DNA from: a virus
Taxonomy: Duplodnaviria; Caudoviricetes
IMG/VR virus record: IMGVR_UViG_3300019875_000001
Coordinates: 1-53,144 of that record
Direction: 5' to 3' (one strand)
DNA: 53,144 nt
The notes under the pieces are model-generated. The model ran no database searches, was not told where the DNA came from, and saw only the letters and a list, made by a program, of their open reading frames with translations. Positions 8,933-17,974 of the stretch are shown piece after piece. Both the position numbers and the translations under genes were made by a program. Position 1 is the first letter of the stretch, and each line of letters begins with the position of its first letter.

Positions 8933-10756
8933 CTATCGTTTAGCCCCGGCTAATGGACTTCCAGAAGGCTTAGGAGTCACCTTGGGAACAGGTTTAGATG
9001 CTGTTTTCATTGCAGCATCCGCAGATTTGAGAGCCGCATCGCCAATATCCGCCTTGCCCTGAGCCACTAAATGCTCGTCATCAACTCTGTCGGCAGGATC
9101 AGCAAAGCCCTGCAATACAGGCTCAGGATACATCAAATCGGTGATTCTCTCCGCATTCTCTTGTCCGAGGGCCTCAAGCAAAAGCTGGCAAACTACCTTC
9201 CTATCAGGGAAGATACCCTCTGCTGGACTGCCTCCCATGGTAACGGCCTGAACCAGAGAGCGAACTCGATCAGTGACATCCCGCTCTAGGATGTTGGGGA
9301 ACTCGATCTCCACATTTGTTGTCTCTTCCCCAGGCGGAATAACCGTAATAATTACAGTTCCGTCGAACTCATCGCGGGACTTTTCCACCCTAAAGCCAGC
9401 CTTGTTCAGCTTACCTCCTGGTGCCTCAGCACTCCATTCAATCAGCCGCGTGCAGAACGCCTGGATGACGCCCGCCCATAGATCTTGGCGAGAAACCATC
9501 TTAAGCTCAGTAGGGCGGTCAAGAGTGGTGGATGTGGCAAAGTTACCGATATCAGAGTCACCGAGGAAGTGTTCAGGCGTATCTGATCCTGCAGCGACCA
9601 TTGACCGTAAGGCCCTCGCCTCATCAGGCCCTGTGGTAGATCCCGCTGTCTTAATCGGCTGGACATTAGCAGCACCTGACATTAACGCCCAACTTGCTGT
9701 ATTCGTGGGCGGATTGGTATCCCTCAACTGGCCATTATTCACGCCAGTCTTAAGCTTGTTCTTGCTGGCAGCTACGCCAGCTTTACCCGGTAATCCAGAG
9801 ATTTGATAGGCCAGCCGCGCATATGCGGCCAGAATGGTGGCGAAGTTCTCCAAGATGCGCTTATACCCTGTAGCCCAGTTCAGAGCTGAGAATAGCTCAG
9901 GAAGGCCAAAACGCATCATATCCAGCCCACCAGTTCTCAAATGGTAGGTACAGGTGGTCCAGTCAATCCGTGTGCCGTCTGGTGCCTTATTCGGGCGAGT
10001 AGTGGGGTAGTAATCCCAATCAGGGTAGAGAGTATTCTGCTTTACTACATCCGTGGCTATTTCATCCTGGAGTATGAAGCCTGAAGACATGGCTCCAATG
10101 TTAGAAGTGCGGGCATAGAAGCGGGGCTCTTTCGCGTCTTCGGGGTTGTAAACGATCCCCTGTATCTGATCGAACGGTAGGAGACGGACACGAGCGGCCC
10201 CGTTTTGCTTGTTGCGGTAAAAGACAAAGAACTGGTTACCGTCAACCCTCTGTTGTCTTTCCCTTTCTGGCCAAGCGTCCCCAATAACACGCTGATTCTT
10301 GCGATTCTTAAAGAAGTCATCGAGAACCTCCTGAACTACCCCATTCTCAGCCGTGATCTTGACGCCACGGCCCCAGACATATAACTCCTGTACCGTGACT
10401 ACCCTCTTGATAAGAGGGTTGATCAGATACATCACGCGGGAGAGACTAACGATTCTGCGCAGTGTAGTGCGGTTAAAGTTGAATGTGGTGCTGGGATCAC
10501 CACCAATCCAGCCCCTATCCTCACTGGCAAAGGATGCTTCAAGCTCAGAGAAGGCGCTTTCAAAGACTTGGGTGAACTGCTTGGTCAGGCCATCCTGAGA
10601 GCCAATCTCAGGCATACCGGCACCACTTGAACCCCCGCCGCCCTGGATTAGAGCCTCCTCAGCCAGATCAGCCGTCGCCCGCATGTGATTAGCGCCAAGA
10701 GAGGCACCAGTTAGCCCGCCCACGAGCCTATCGCGCAATCCACTGAAAAATCGCAT
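8933..10756 (-). CDS. Portal protein
   Basis: 607 aa just downstream of TerL; NPLIKR, DGNQF, RFGLPE, P.HFLGD...NFAT. Confidence 0.8.
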   Translation of the reverse strand: MRFFSGLRDRLVGGLTGASLGANHMRATADLAEEALIQGGGGSSGAGMPEIGSQDGLTKQFTQVFESAFSELEASFASEDRGWIGGDPSTTFNFNRTTLRRIVSLSRVMYLINPLIKRVVTVQELYVWGRGVKITAENGVVQEVLDDFFKNRKNQRVIGDAWPERERQQRVDGNQFFVFYRNKQNGAARVRLLPFDQIQGIVYNPEDAKEPRFYARTSNIGAMSSGFILQDEIATDVVKQNTLYPDWDYYPTTRPNKAPDGTRIDWTTCTYHLRTGGLDMMRFGLPELFSALNWATGYKRILENFATILAAYARLAYQISGLPGKAGVAASKNKLKTGVNNGQLRDTNPPTNTASWALMSGAANVQPIKTAGSTTGPDEARALRSMVAAGSDTPEHFLGDSDIGNFATSTTLDRPTELKMVSRQDLWAGVIQAFCTRLIEWSAEAPGGKLNKAGFRVEKSRDEFDGTVIITVIPPGEETTNVEIEFPNILERDVTDRVRSLVQAVTMGGSPAEGIFPDRKVVCQLLLEALGQENAERITDLMYPEPVLQGFADPADRVDDEHLVAQGKADIGDAALKSADAAMKTASKPVPKVTPKPSGSPLAGAKR

Positions 10757-10782
10757 ACTGTAATAATTACACTTTCGTGGAC

Positions 10783-11172
10783 CTATGATCTGTGGTTGGT
10801 TTGGTTATTCAGTCCGTGTATCATACCCCTAAGCTCTGCAATTGAAGACCCTTGGTTTTCTACCTTCTGGGTCAGTGAATCTAGCATTTTAGTGCTCACA
10901 GTATTGACAACACCCTGAGATTGAGCGGTAGCCTGTATAGCCGCAGCCGCTGTGATCAATTCCCGAGCAGCAGTCTTCATATCAGCTGCAATCTCGGCAA
11001 TTGCCTCATTGGTGTTGCGTTTGAACTCAGTAAAGCTGGACTCAGTAGCTATTAGCTTGCTTTCAAGCACTGCTAGCTTAGTGTCCATCTCATGAGAACT
11101 GCGAACAGAAGCGATAAAACCTGCAATAGCGGCTGAAAGGAGAGCCGCCGCAACCATGCGAAGCCAGTCCAT
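10783..11172 (-). CDS. Membrane-anchored coiled-coil protein
   Basis: N-terminal hydrophobic helix then heptad-rich region; extended -10 six nt before ATG 11172. Confidence 0.55.
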   Translation of the reverse strand: MDWLRMVAAALLSAAIAGFIASVRSSHEMDTKLAVLESKLIATESSFTEFKRNTNEAIAEIAADMKTAARELITAAAAIQATAQSQGVVNTVSTKMLDSLTQKVENQGSSIAELRGMIHGLNNQTNHRS

Positions 11173-11265
11173 GTACCAAGCGTACCATAGGGAAAGTACC
11201 TTATTGTGCAATTTCGTACATTATGGTACTAGGGTAGATCCCCCATAAGCGTAATAATTACAGTT

Positions 11266-12666
11266 TTAGAAGGGTGATATGTCTATCCCACCTGTGTACA
11301 CCATCACATCCTCAAACTCTTCCGGATCATCCGCAAGACTGTCAATAAAGGCGACGATATACCGCAGAGCGTCCATACCGTGATTATCCTTGTCAAGCGG
11401 GATCTCATCTTTCTTGCTATTCGTCTCCTTATTGGTTCTCTCATCCCAGACATAGCCATCGAATTCCCCCTCTGTGCTGTATGGTGATCCTGCGTCTTTT
11501 AGCTCTTCATCCACTGAAATAAGGGCATCCCGCAGGATAATGATACCTGGGCGACCGTCCCAATCGGGTAAAAGCCGCTTTTGGACCGCTTGAATACCCG
11601 GTTGGATGCTTTTAAAGGCCGCAAAGGTTGGATATCCAGTATGGCGCTGAAATACGGCCCTTCCCTCCGCGTCATGGTCGCAGATGATGGCCTGGGGTGG
11701 TGGGAGGCCCTTTGTGATGCTCATTATCTCTGCGGCAGCATCCTCAACGAGCATTTGAGTGCGGTAGATCTCCCGATTCAGGTAAAGCTGACCGTTTGGA
11801 GCCTCCATCCAGTCTTGCCACACAAAAGGATGCGTAAAACCAAAGTCGATAGACCAGTAGTGAGTCCATTCCTCCCATCCAGACGGTAGTTCATTGCGAG
11901 ATATAAGGTGGACATGGGTATCCCAGGTGTCATAGACTATGCCCTCCGCAGCCGCCCATTCACCTTTATATAAGCGCTTGAAACGCACACCCGAGAGCCG
12001 TTGCAGTTTCCCCATGTAGCGGGCACCCTCCGGCGTCCACGTTTGGCTACTCTGATCGAAGAATTTGGGGTTGTCCTGGTGAAAAGACAGGTACATCTTG
12101 GTCAAACCCTTGTCACAGCGGACTTTCAGCCAGTGTGTAGGCTTGTCAGGGTTGCAATCGCCCATCATCTGCTGATACGGCACCAGTCCATGACGAATAC
12201 AGGCCGTGCAGATTTCCCAGTCATTCTCAGTCGCCTCAGTCGCCTCCTGCATGTATCCGATATCCCATTCAGACGAGTTTAGGCGGTCTACGTTGTCCAA
12301 CCCGATGACAGCAAGCATGGAATCGTTAGGATAGTTGAAAACTTGATCCTGTTTGAGGAAATGGACCTTATCCTGAGGCTTCAGGATCATTTTCTGGTAC
12401 ATGTCCAGGCATGAGTTGGTCATACTCGTGCGAGTCTTGCGCGACATGAACCCTTTAGCCCCTGGATATTTGCTCAGGACAAGGTGAAGCTTATGTAAAA
12501 GTCCCAGAGATTTGCCAGTACCCTTTGGACCCGCAACCAGAATCTCATCACTCTTGTCCGTGAATACTTCTTTGGATGCGCCATATGGGGAGTACTTGAT
12601 CTTGTAGCCGGATGCCTTGACGAGAAGATCCTGCTCTTGGGCCGAAAGGGTAGGTCTTCGCGGCAT
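11266..12666 (-). CDS. terL: Terminase large subunit (PBSX-like)
   Basis: Walker A GPKGTGKS, QEATE, CNP coupling motif, IDFGF nuclease start, NHGMDALRY. Confidence 0.95.
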   Translation of the reverse strand: MPRRPTLSAQEQDLLVKASGYKIKYSPYGASKEVFTDKSDEILVAGPKGTGKSLGLLHKLHLVLSKYPGAKGFMSRKTRTSMTNSCLDMYQKMILKPQDKVHFLKQDQVFNYPNDSMLAVIGLDNVDRLNSSEWDIGYMQEATEATENDWEICTACIRHGLVPYQQMMGDCNPDKPTHWLKVRCDKGLTKMYLSFHQDNPKFFDQSSQTWTPEGARYMGKLQRLSGVRFKRLYKGEWAAAEGIVYDTWDTHVHLISRNELPSGWEEWTHYWSIDFGFTHPFVWQDWMEAPNGQLYLNREIYRTQMLVEDAAAEIMSITKGLPPPQAIICDHDAEGRAVFQRHTGYPTFAAFKSIQPGIQAVQKRLLPDWDGRPGIIILRDALISVDEELKDAGSPYSTEGEFDGYVWDERTNKETNSKKDEIPLDKDNHGMDALRYIVAFIDSLADDPEEFEDVMVYTGGIDISPF

Positions 12667-12668
12667 AT

Positions 12669-13136
12669 TTACACCGCGTCAACGTCAATGCCTACATACA
12701 CCCTGATGGCAGTTTCTTGCTGGTTCTTTTCTTCGGGCTTGTCCAGAGCACAAAGCTTACGACGGCTAGCAGATATGGACAGAACAAGGCCAGCCGCAGC
12801 CAGATTTCCAGCTTCTGCCAGTGGTTGATAAAAACGCAAGAGAGCATCATAGCGTTCGATCTCCATTTGGCGCATCTCATCCGTATTCTCGGAGAGATCC
12901 TTCATGGTCATGTTCAGGACTGACTTGAGATCCTCACTGACAGTGGTAGCGGTGCAGCCCAGAGACTCTGCAATCTGCTGCATACTGAAGCCGTGACGCC
13001 TCATCTCCACTATCTTGTACCGCCGTTCCATCTGGCGGATAGTCTGTACTGAATTTATGACGTTTGGACCCTTAGTATTAGCCTGTGTCCTCAGGGCCTT
13101 CACGGGTATGGGTGTAAAGTGTGCTTTTTTAGGCAT
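12669..13136 (-). CDS. terS: Terminase small subunit
   Basis: HTH (GFSMQQIAESLGCTATTVSEDL) directly upstream of terL. Confidence 0.75.
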   Translation of the reverse strand: MPKKAHFTPIPVKALRTQANTKGPNVINSVQTIRQMERRYKIVEMRRHGFSMQQIAESLGCTATTVSEDLKSVLNMTMKDLSENTDEMRQMEIERYDALLRFYQPLAEAGNLAAAGLVLSISASRRKLCALDKPEEKNQQETAIRVYVGIDVDAV

Positions 13137-13242
13137 AAAAGTGTAATCATTACAGTTTGGTAGACTAAATTAAGGCTACCGGAAGCCGGGGCAGTTCTCT
13201 CTTTCTGCCCTTTCGATTAGGGGGGAGGTGCGGGCCTTCCCC

Positions 13243-13518
13243 TTAGTCGTTATCGTATGTGATCGACAGAGTTGTCCCAATCGGTATGTACACATAGATT
13301 GCTGAAAGCTGATAGGTCCCCTGTGCGAACGGCTTAGGCGGTAATGTAAAGATGCGGCTAGCTTCAATGGACGCTCCACGAGAAGCACCCACATTAGCAT
13401 CCCCCACCCGTGCTGGACCGCCAGTTGCACCCAAGTACACAGCAGTAGCATAAATGTCTGCATTAGATGTCAGCTGGTGTGCTGCATTGTTGCCCGCGAT
13501 GTCGGCTATAGTCTTCAT
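13243..13518 (-). CDS. Hypothetical protein
   Basis: ORF continuing the operon. Confidence 0.5.
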   Translation of the reverse strand: MKTIADIAGNNAAHQLTSNADIYATAVYLGATGGPARVGDANVGASRGASIEASRIFTLPPKPFAQGTYQLSAIYVYIPIGTTLSITYDND

Positions 13519-13520
13519 AT

Positions 13521-13886
13521 TCAGATTGTATCCTTTAATGATTCTCGCAACTCACTCAAAACTGACCCGCCCCACATAATAGCAGCCGCGTCATCATCCC
13601 CGTCATCTGGCAGTAGACCCTGCAACTTGCGCTGGTACTTAAGTGCATGATAAATCACGTGGTTAGCGCGTTCTAGTGCATATTCTATCTCGGGGCTTGG
13701 GACAGGAGGCAGGGCAGGACGGCCAACTAAACCGCGCATCCAGCCGAATGGCTCATGTTTCTTGGCGCCATCGGCAAAGCGCTTACACATCTTAAGGATG
13801 GCGTTGAGGGGGAGGTATTGGAACTGCGGGGCTACTGAAGCGGTAGCGCCACAAGCAAGGGTGATTATCTTTGCGGGCTCACTCAT
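13521..13886 (-). CDS. DUF5664-like dATP/dGTP diphosphohydrolase domain
   Basis: YLP..A....RF..GAKK....W.RG...H...H.......DD.AA..W pattern, from recall of the family. Confidence 0.55.
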   Translation of the reverse strand: MSEPAKIITLACGATASVAPQFQYLPLNAILKMCKRFADGAKKHEPFGWMRGLVGRPALPPVPSPEIEYALERANHVIYHALKYQRKLQGLLPDDGDDDAAAIMWGGSVLSELRESLKDTI

Positions 13887-13952
13887 TCCGCTAGTTTAGC
13901 AGTACGGGAGGCTGGCAGGAACTCACGGCTGAGTAGCAACCTCCCGCTTGCG

Positions 13953-14348
13953 TTAGGGAGTTGACATCATCTTATCACGATTGTGTGACCACCACACAGC
14001 CGCCGCCGTTCGATTAGGGAATCCAGTCTTAGCCAGCACCTCACTGACGTACACTTTGATAGTTCCCTCATCTAATTTGAGCTTGTGGGCTATTTCTTTG
14101 TTGAGCATTCCCTCAACTAAATAGTTGAGTATCTGGAAATTGCGCACTGATAGCGGTTGGCCTAGCAGCTCTGACTTAGTACGCCGCGTCCAACCTCTGC
14201 GCTCTTGCTCTGGTGTCCTACGACACCCATGGCAGATCTTAGCATCTGCATTTCTGTGTATATAGCTGTGGAAATCGTTGCCGCATCTTGCGCAGTTCTT
14301 CATTTCCAACTGTGGTACATCATCTCTGATGACACCGTTAAAAGCCAT
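13953..14348 (-). CDS. Zn-ribbon plus LuxR-type HTH regulator
   Basis: CARC...CHGC; LSVR..QIL..L.EG..NKEIA.KL.L.EGTIK.YV..VLAK.G..NRT. Confidence 0.85.
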   Translation of the reverse strand: MAFNGVIRDDVPQLEMKNCARCGNDFHSYIHRNADAKICHGCRRTPEQERRGWTRRTKSELLGQPLSVRNFQILNYLVEGMLNKEIAHKLKLDEGTIKVYVSEVLAKTGFPNRTAAAVWWSHNRDKMMSTP

Positions 14349-14385
14349 TTAGGGACCTAACTGTAATTATTACAGTTTTAGACGT

Positions 14386-14427
14386 AAAAATGGGGCTGGA
14401 GGTGCCACCTACACCTTGCCAGCCCCG
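14386..14427 (-). terminator. Probable intrinsic terminator
   Basis: GGGGCTGG...CCAGCCCC followed by ATTTTT on the minus strand. Confidence 0.5.
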
Positions 14428-14442
14428 ACACAGCGAGTGCTC

Positions 14443-14697
14443 CTAGTATCCGGCGAAGCACATAAACACGTCCCAGGGAGACGAGCAGCCACAACCAATC
14501 GTGTCCACCCCACCCTTCTGGGTAGTCTTGTTCTTGTCCGAGGGTCGTTTATGCCCTGGGCAAGACGCCTGAGGATTATGTTTGTTCTTCGGGCACGCAT
14601 GGTTAATGTGGTCATGAGCGTACACGGGTAGAACACCCAAGGACCCGTAAGCGATAAAGAGCGCGGCTGCGACTTTCAGGACGACTTTGCGTTTCAT
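14443..14697 (-). CDS. Small exported Cys/His-rich protein
   Basis: GGAGG SD; MKRK plus hydrophobic helix and VYA-like cleavage site; HDHINHAC...CGC...C. Confidence 0.6.
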   Translation of the reverse strand: MKRKVVLKVAAALFIAYGSLGVLPVYAHDHINHACPKNKHNPQASCPGHKRPSDKNKTTQKGGVDTIGCGCSSPWDVFMCFAGY

Positions 14698-14866
14698 GTA
14701 ATGCCTCCTAGACAAATGTACCATAAAATACAAGGAGATGCAACTTGAATACCGCTCGGATAGCCCGCTGACGCGGTCAATCCTCGCTCCGCTCTCCTCC
14801 ATTCAGCGTTGCGCATAAATCTCCTCCCCCTCTTCTCTATAACTCATCTCCCCCGCCTCTGGTCTT

Positions 14867-14895
14867 ATTATATCATGTGAATCAACATCTGTCAA
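14867..14895 (-). promoter_or_regulatory. Consensus sigma70 promoter (leftward)
   Basis: TTGACA-17 nt-TATAAT with an AT-rich upstream tract. Confidence 0.85.
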
Positions 14896-14983
14896 TATAT
14901 TTGTTTTATTTGGGTCAAAAGTGTAATTATTACGCTTTTGGGCTATTTCGCACTGCACTTTTAGTATTTCTGGTCGATTTTTC

Positions 14984-15012
14984 TTGACTCGTGCTAGTTT
15001 TCACCGTATTCT
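14984..15012 (+). promoter_or_regulatory. Sigma70-like promoter (rightward, divergent)
   Basis: TTGACT-17 nt-TATTCT before the GGAGG SD of ORF 15032. Confidence 0.6.
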
Positions 15013-15031
15013 GTGATCGGAGGTTATCCCA

Positions 15032-15376
15032 ATGCTTCGCGTACAGACCACTCTCTGCCCTTCCTGCAATCGGAACGTACCCGTCTCCGATGGCGTTTGC
15101 TACAACTGCGGTAGCCCCACCTCCACCAGCACTTTTGTTGAGACTGATGGGACTCTTGGGACTCCAGTCAGCCCTATTACGGTGCTATCCCAATGGCCTA
15201 AGGCCAAATGGGCCATAGATCTCGACAAGACTCTCAGCGCCATGCAGATGCAAGCCAGCTGTGATAAGGTTCTTGATCTAATCGAGAAGCAGGCTCGCCG
15301 GGATATGAAGAGTATGCAGGATATGGTTGATCACGGCACTCGCTTTCAGGATATGTCGGGTAGTTATTACCGCTAG
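15032..15376 (+). CDS. Zn-ribbon protein
   Basis: CPSC...CYNC; SD GGAGG. Confidence 0.65.
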   Translation: MLRVQTTLCPSCNRNVPVSDGVCYNCGSPTSTSTFVETDGTLGTPVSPITVLSQWPKAKWAIDLDKTLSAMQMQASCDKVLDLIEKQARRDMKSMQDMVDHGTRFQDMSGSYYR

Positions 15377-15529
15377 TAGGCTCACTGGTACGGTTTATCA
15401 GGACCACTGCCCCGAGGGAGAGAGATAGAGAGCGCTTGTCGCCGATAGGTCATGAGCGAGGGGAACGCCGAATAACGAAATAGGTCAGTTCCCCTTCCCA
15501 TCTTCAGTTTATTCCTCCTATCTGATTGC

Positions 15530-15673
15530 TTATCTGATCATCTGACTCAATACCAGGAAGAATACTCCTAGCCATCCCAGGCTTAACCTCGATGGGGGAG
15601 CGGTTGGTACTCCTGCCGCTGCGCATAGCAGGCAGACCAGGGCTAGTAGCTGTAGGATAATCGTTGGATTCAT
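15530..15673 (-). CDS. 47-aa two-helix membrane protein (below the ORF-track cutoff)
   Basis: GAGGTG SD; MNPTIILQLLALVCLLCAAAGVPTAPPSRLSLGWLGVFFLVLSQMIR. Confidence 0.6.
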   Translation of the reverse strand: MNPTIILQLLALVCLLCAAAGVPTAPPSRLSLGWLGVFFLVLSQMIR

Positions 15674-16166
15674 ACATCACCTCAACTGTAATTATTACAC
15701 TTTTGCTTATTCCTCTTTTGGCCTTGGCTCCCTGAGTAACCTCGTCTTTTCTGCTCGGCTGCCTATGTAACCTCCCCCCGATCGCCTGTGCGCAGGAGTC
15801 ACATTCGCTCGTTTGTGACTCCCATCTTTCCTATTAGCGCCATCGGGTGAATTCCCGCTATCCGTACTACTATCTACTCAATGTAATAATTACACTCCTA
15901 GCGAGCATTGCGCTTTAGCGCAATGCGAGCGGCTCAGGGCGCACGCTAGGCCAGTGCACCCGCAAGTACCGGACACATGCGGTCAATCGATCCTAGAGCC
16001 TGCTAGGCACAAGTACGGCACCCTGTACAATCGCTCAGTGAGTGCATCGCGGCGGGTCAAATCGACCAATCGATCTAGTGCGCCACTATGGGACTAACTC
16101 CTATGCCGAATGGACCATAGACTAACGCCTAGAAAAATCAGAAACATACACCACTTGAAAGTGTGC

Positions 16167-16247
16167 TGTGGAAAACTCTGTAACTTTTTACTCTTTCTGT
16201 GGAAAACGCAATCTTTCCTGTGGATAACCGCGATATTCTGTGGATAA
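16167..16247 (-). promoter_or_regulatory. Four co-oriented DnaA boxes (candidate origin)
   Basis: TGTGGAAAA at 16167 and 16198, TGTGGATAA at 16219 and 16239; all match TTWTNCACA on the minus strand. Confidence 0.7.
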
Positions 16248-16280
16248 AAAAGGCGAAATTGAGGCGAATAGACCAGTATA

Positions 16281-17040
16281 GTCGTGTGATGGCACGACCA
16301 AACACGCATAGTATGAGAGACAAAATAAAAATCGAATGTGGCGAACGAGACACCACACTACGGAATGGCTCAGGGACTAGACCTGAGAACGCGCTAACCG
16401 ACAAAGGGAACAGTTACAGATCTACATTACGGCGAGATCCTAACACCTGAACTCATAGCCCCGTGATAAGCGGATAGTATGAGCACTCCTCGCATGATGT
16501 ACCCTGCGCGATACATACACTACTACGCCTAGAGGTGCTGTAACCCGAACGGGACCTAGGCGTACGGTGTCAAATAAGGTCATAAGAGAACCGCGATAGC
16601 TTGAACAGCGGTATGGATCTACACTAAGAGCCTAATGACTAGCGCCTGAGTGCGCGATAGGCTATGGATACGTAAGGCGGGAGTTTAGCTTACGTGTAAG
16701 CCCCGGTGATGAATCGGGCAGACAGAGAACCCAGGGCGAAAGCTTAATTAGCTGGGCCTCACTGAATCCAGAGATTGTAGAAGGTCTAGACCAATAGACT
16801 GAAAAGTGCTTAGGGCGGACGGCCCTAGACATGAACATGGATTGGGTAGTGGAAAGAGTAAACGGAGTAAGTGAATCGGTTGTATTGAACGCCACGTTAT
16901 ACGGTGATTGTCCACGGACAAGAGTACAGCGCGGGTAGTAGACAGACTGATATCGAATAGCTCTAGGTAACTGGCCACGATAAAGATAACCGTAAATATT
17001 ACACTTTAAGCGGACGGTGCTGGTATAGGCCGTCCGCTTG
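16281..17040 (+). ncRNA. Candidate large structured RNA (family not identified)
   Basis: No credible plus-strand ORF; more than ten local stems and nested long-range pairings. Confidence 0.4.
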
Positions 17041-17103
17041 TATTTATTCCCAACACAGTAGACTACTCGCCATCAGTGAGTAGCCTATAGGGGGAGTAAA
17101 CGT

Positions 17104-17289
17104 ATGTACTTGGTATGCGACATAGGAACCAATGAGAACATTAGCTCACACAGAGTGCTTAGCAGAGCCGTAGCTAAGTGCAGGCAGTTGATTAGCACTT
17201 GCATTCTATGGGAATGCGCCCACTGCTATGCAATCTATGACTTACACCTTAACCAGTGTCCATCTTGCAAGACTAAGAGGGAGAAATAG
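17104..17289 (+). CDS. Small Zn-ribbon protein
   Basis: CAHC...CPSC; GGAG SD. Confidence 0.55.
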   Translation: MYLVCDIGTNENISSHRVLSRAVAKCRQLISTCILWECAHCYAIYDLHLNQCPSCKTKREK

Positions 17290-17478
17290 ACATGAACTTA
17301 ACGCCGGTCGATTCAATCGCAGTATTCGCAGTGCTCATAGCCGTATACGCGATAGGCAGAGCCTACAAAGTAGCCTGCCCGAGTAAAGCTAAGCTGTACC
17401 GTAAACGCTGAATACCTCAGGTGCTATCACTCAATGCCAGAGTGATAGCTCTTGTCTATTCAGACACACAGGAGGAAT

Positions 17479-17946
17479 ATGAATAACATGCAGTTAGCTC
17501 TGATTCACTCCAGCGCTAACCCTAAGCCTGGAGAGAACAACCAAAGACTAGAGTTCCTGGGAGATGCAATCTTAGAGTTGATAGTCTCCGAGTATCTCTA
17601 CGCTAATCACCCCAATATGAATGAGGGTATGCTGTCAATCGCAAGGTCTAACTTTGTGTGTAAGGCTAATCTTGCGGCTGTAGCTTGCCGAATGGGACTA
17701 GGAGATAGGCTGATTCTGGGTAAGGCTGAACTTGGCCAGCAAGGTAAACATAAGCCTAGTATCTTAGCTGACGCAGTAGAGGCGCAGATTGGAGCTATCT
17801 ATCTGGAGTATGGGATGGAGACAGCTAAGAAGTTTGTTTATCAGTGGGTGCTGGGGTGTTCAACACCCAAGGTAGACATTGAGAACTGTGATCACTGCTG
17901 GAGAGTACTAGCTAGGCAACAAAGCTGTTGCCCATTCCACTTCTAA
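17479..17946 (+). CDS. rnc: Ribonuclease III catalytic domain without dsRBD
   Basis: ALIHSS, NQRLEFLGDAIL signature, EG.LS..RS, LADAVEA.IGAIYL; start may be 17488. Confidence 0.92.
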   Translation: MNNMQLALIHSSANPKPGENNQRLEFLGDAILELIVSEYLYANHPNMNEGMLSIARSNFVCKANLAAVACRMGLGDRLILGKAELGQQGKHKPSILADAVEAQIGAIYLEYGMETAKKFVYQWVLGCSTPKVDIENCDHCWRVLARQQSCCPFHF

Positions 17947-17974
17947 CCGTAATTATTACGCTTTTGGAGGATAA

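Noticed and set aside
13521-13886. Z-genome (diaminopurine) pathway
   Set aside because: DUF5664-like domain only; no PurZ or DatZ recognised
16094-16978. Short ORFs listed across the control region
   Set aside because: No SD or motifs, overlapping in conflicting frames; better explained as non-coding
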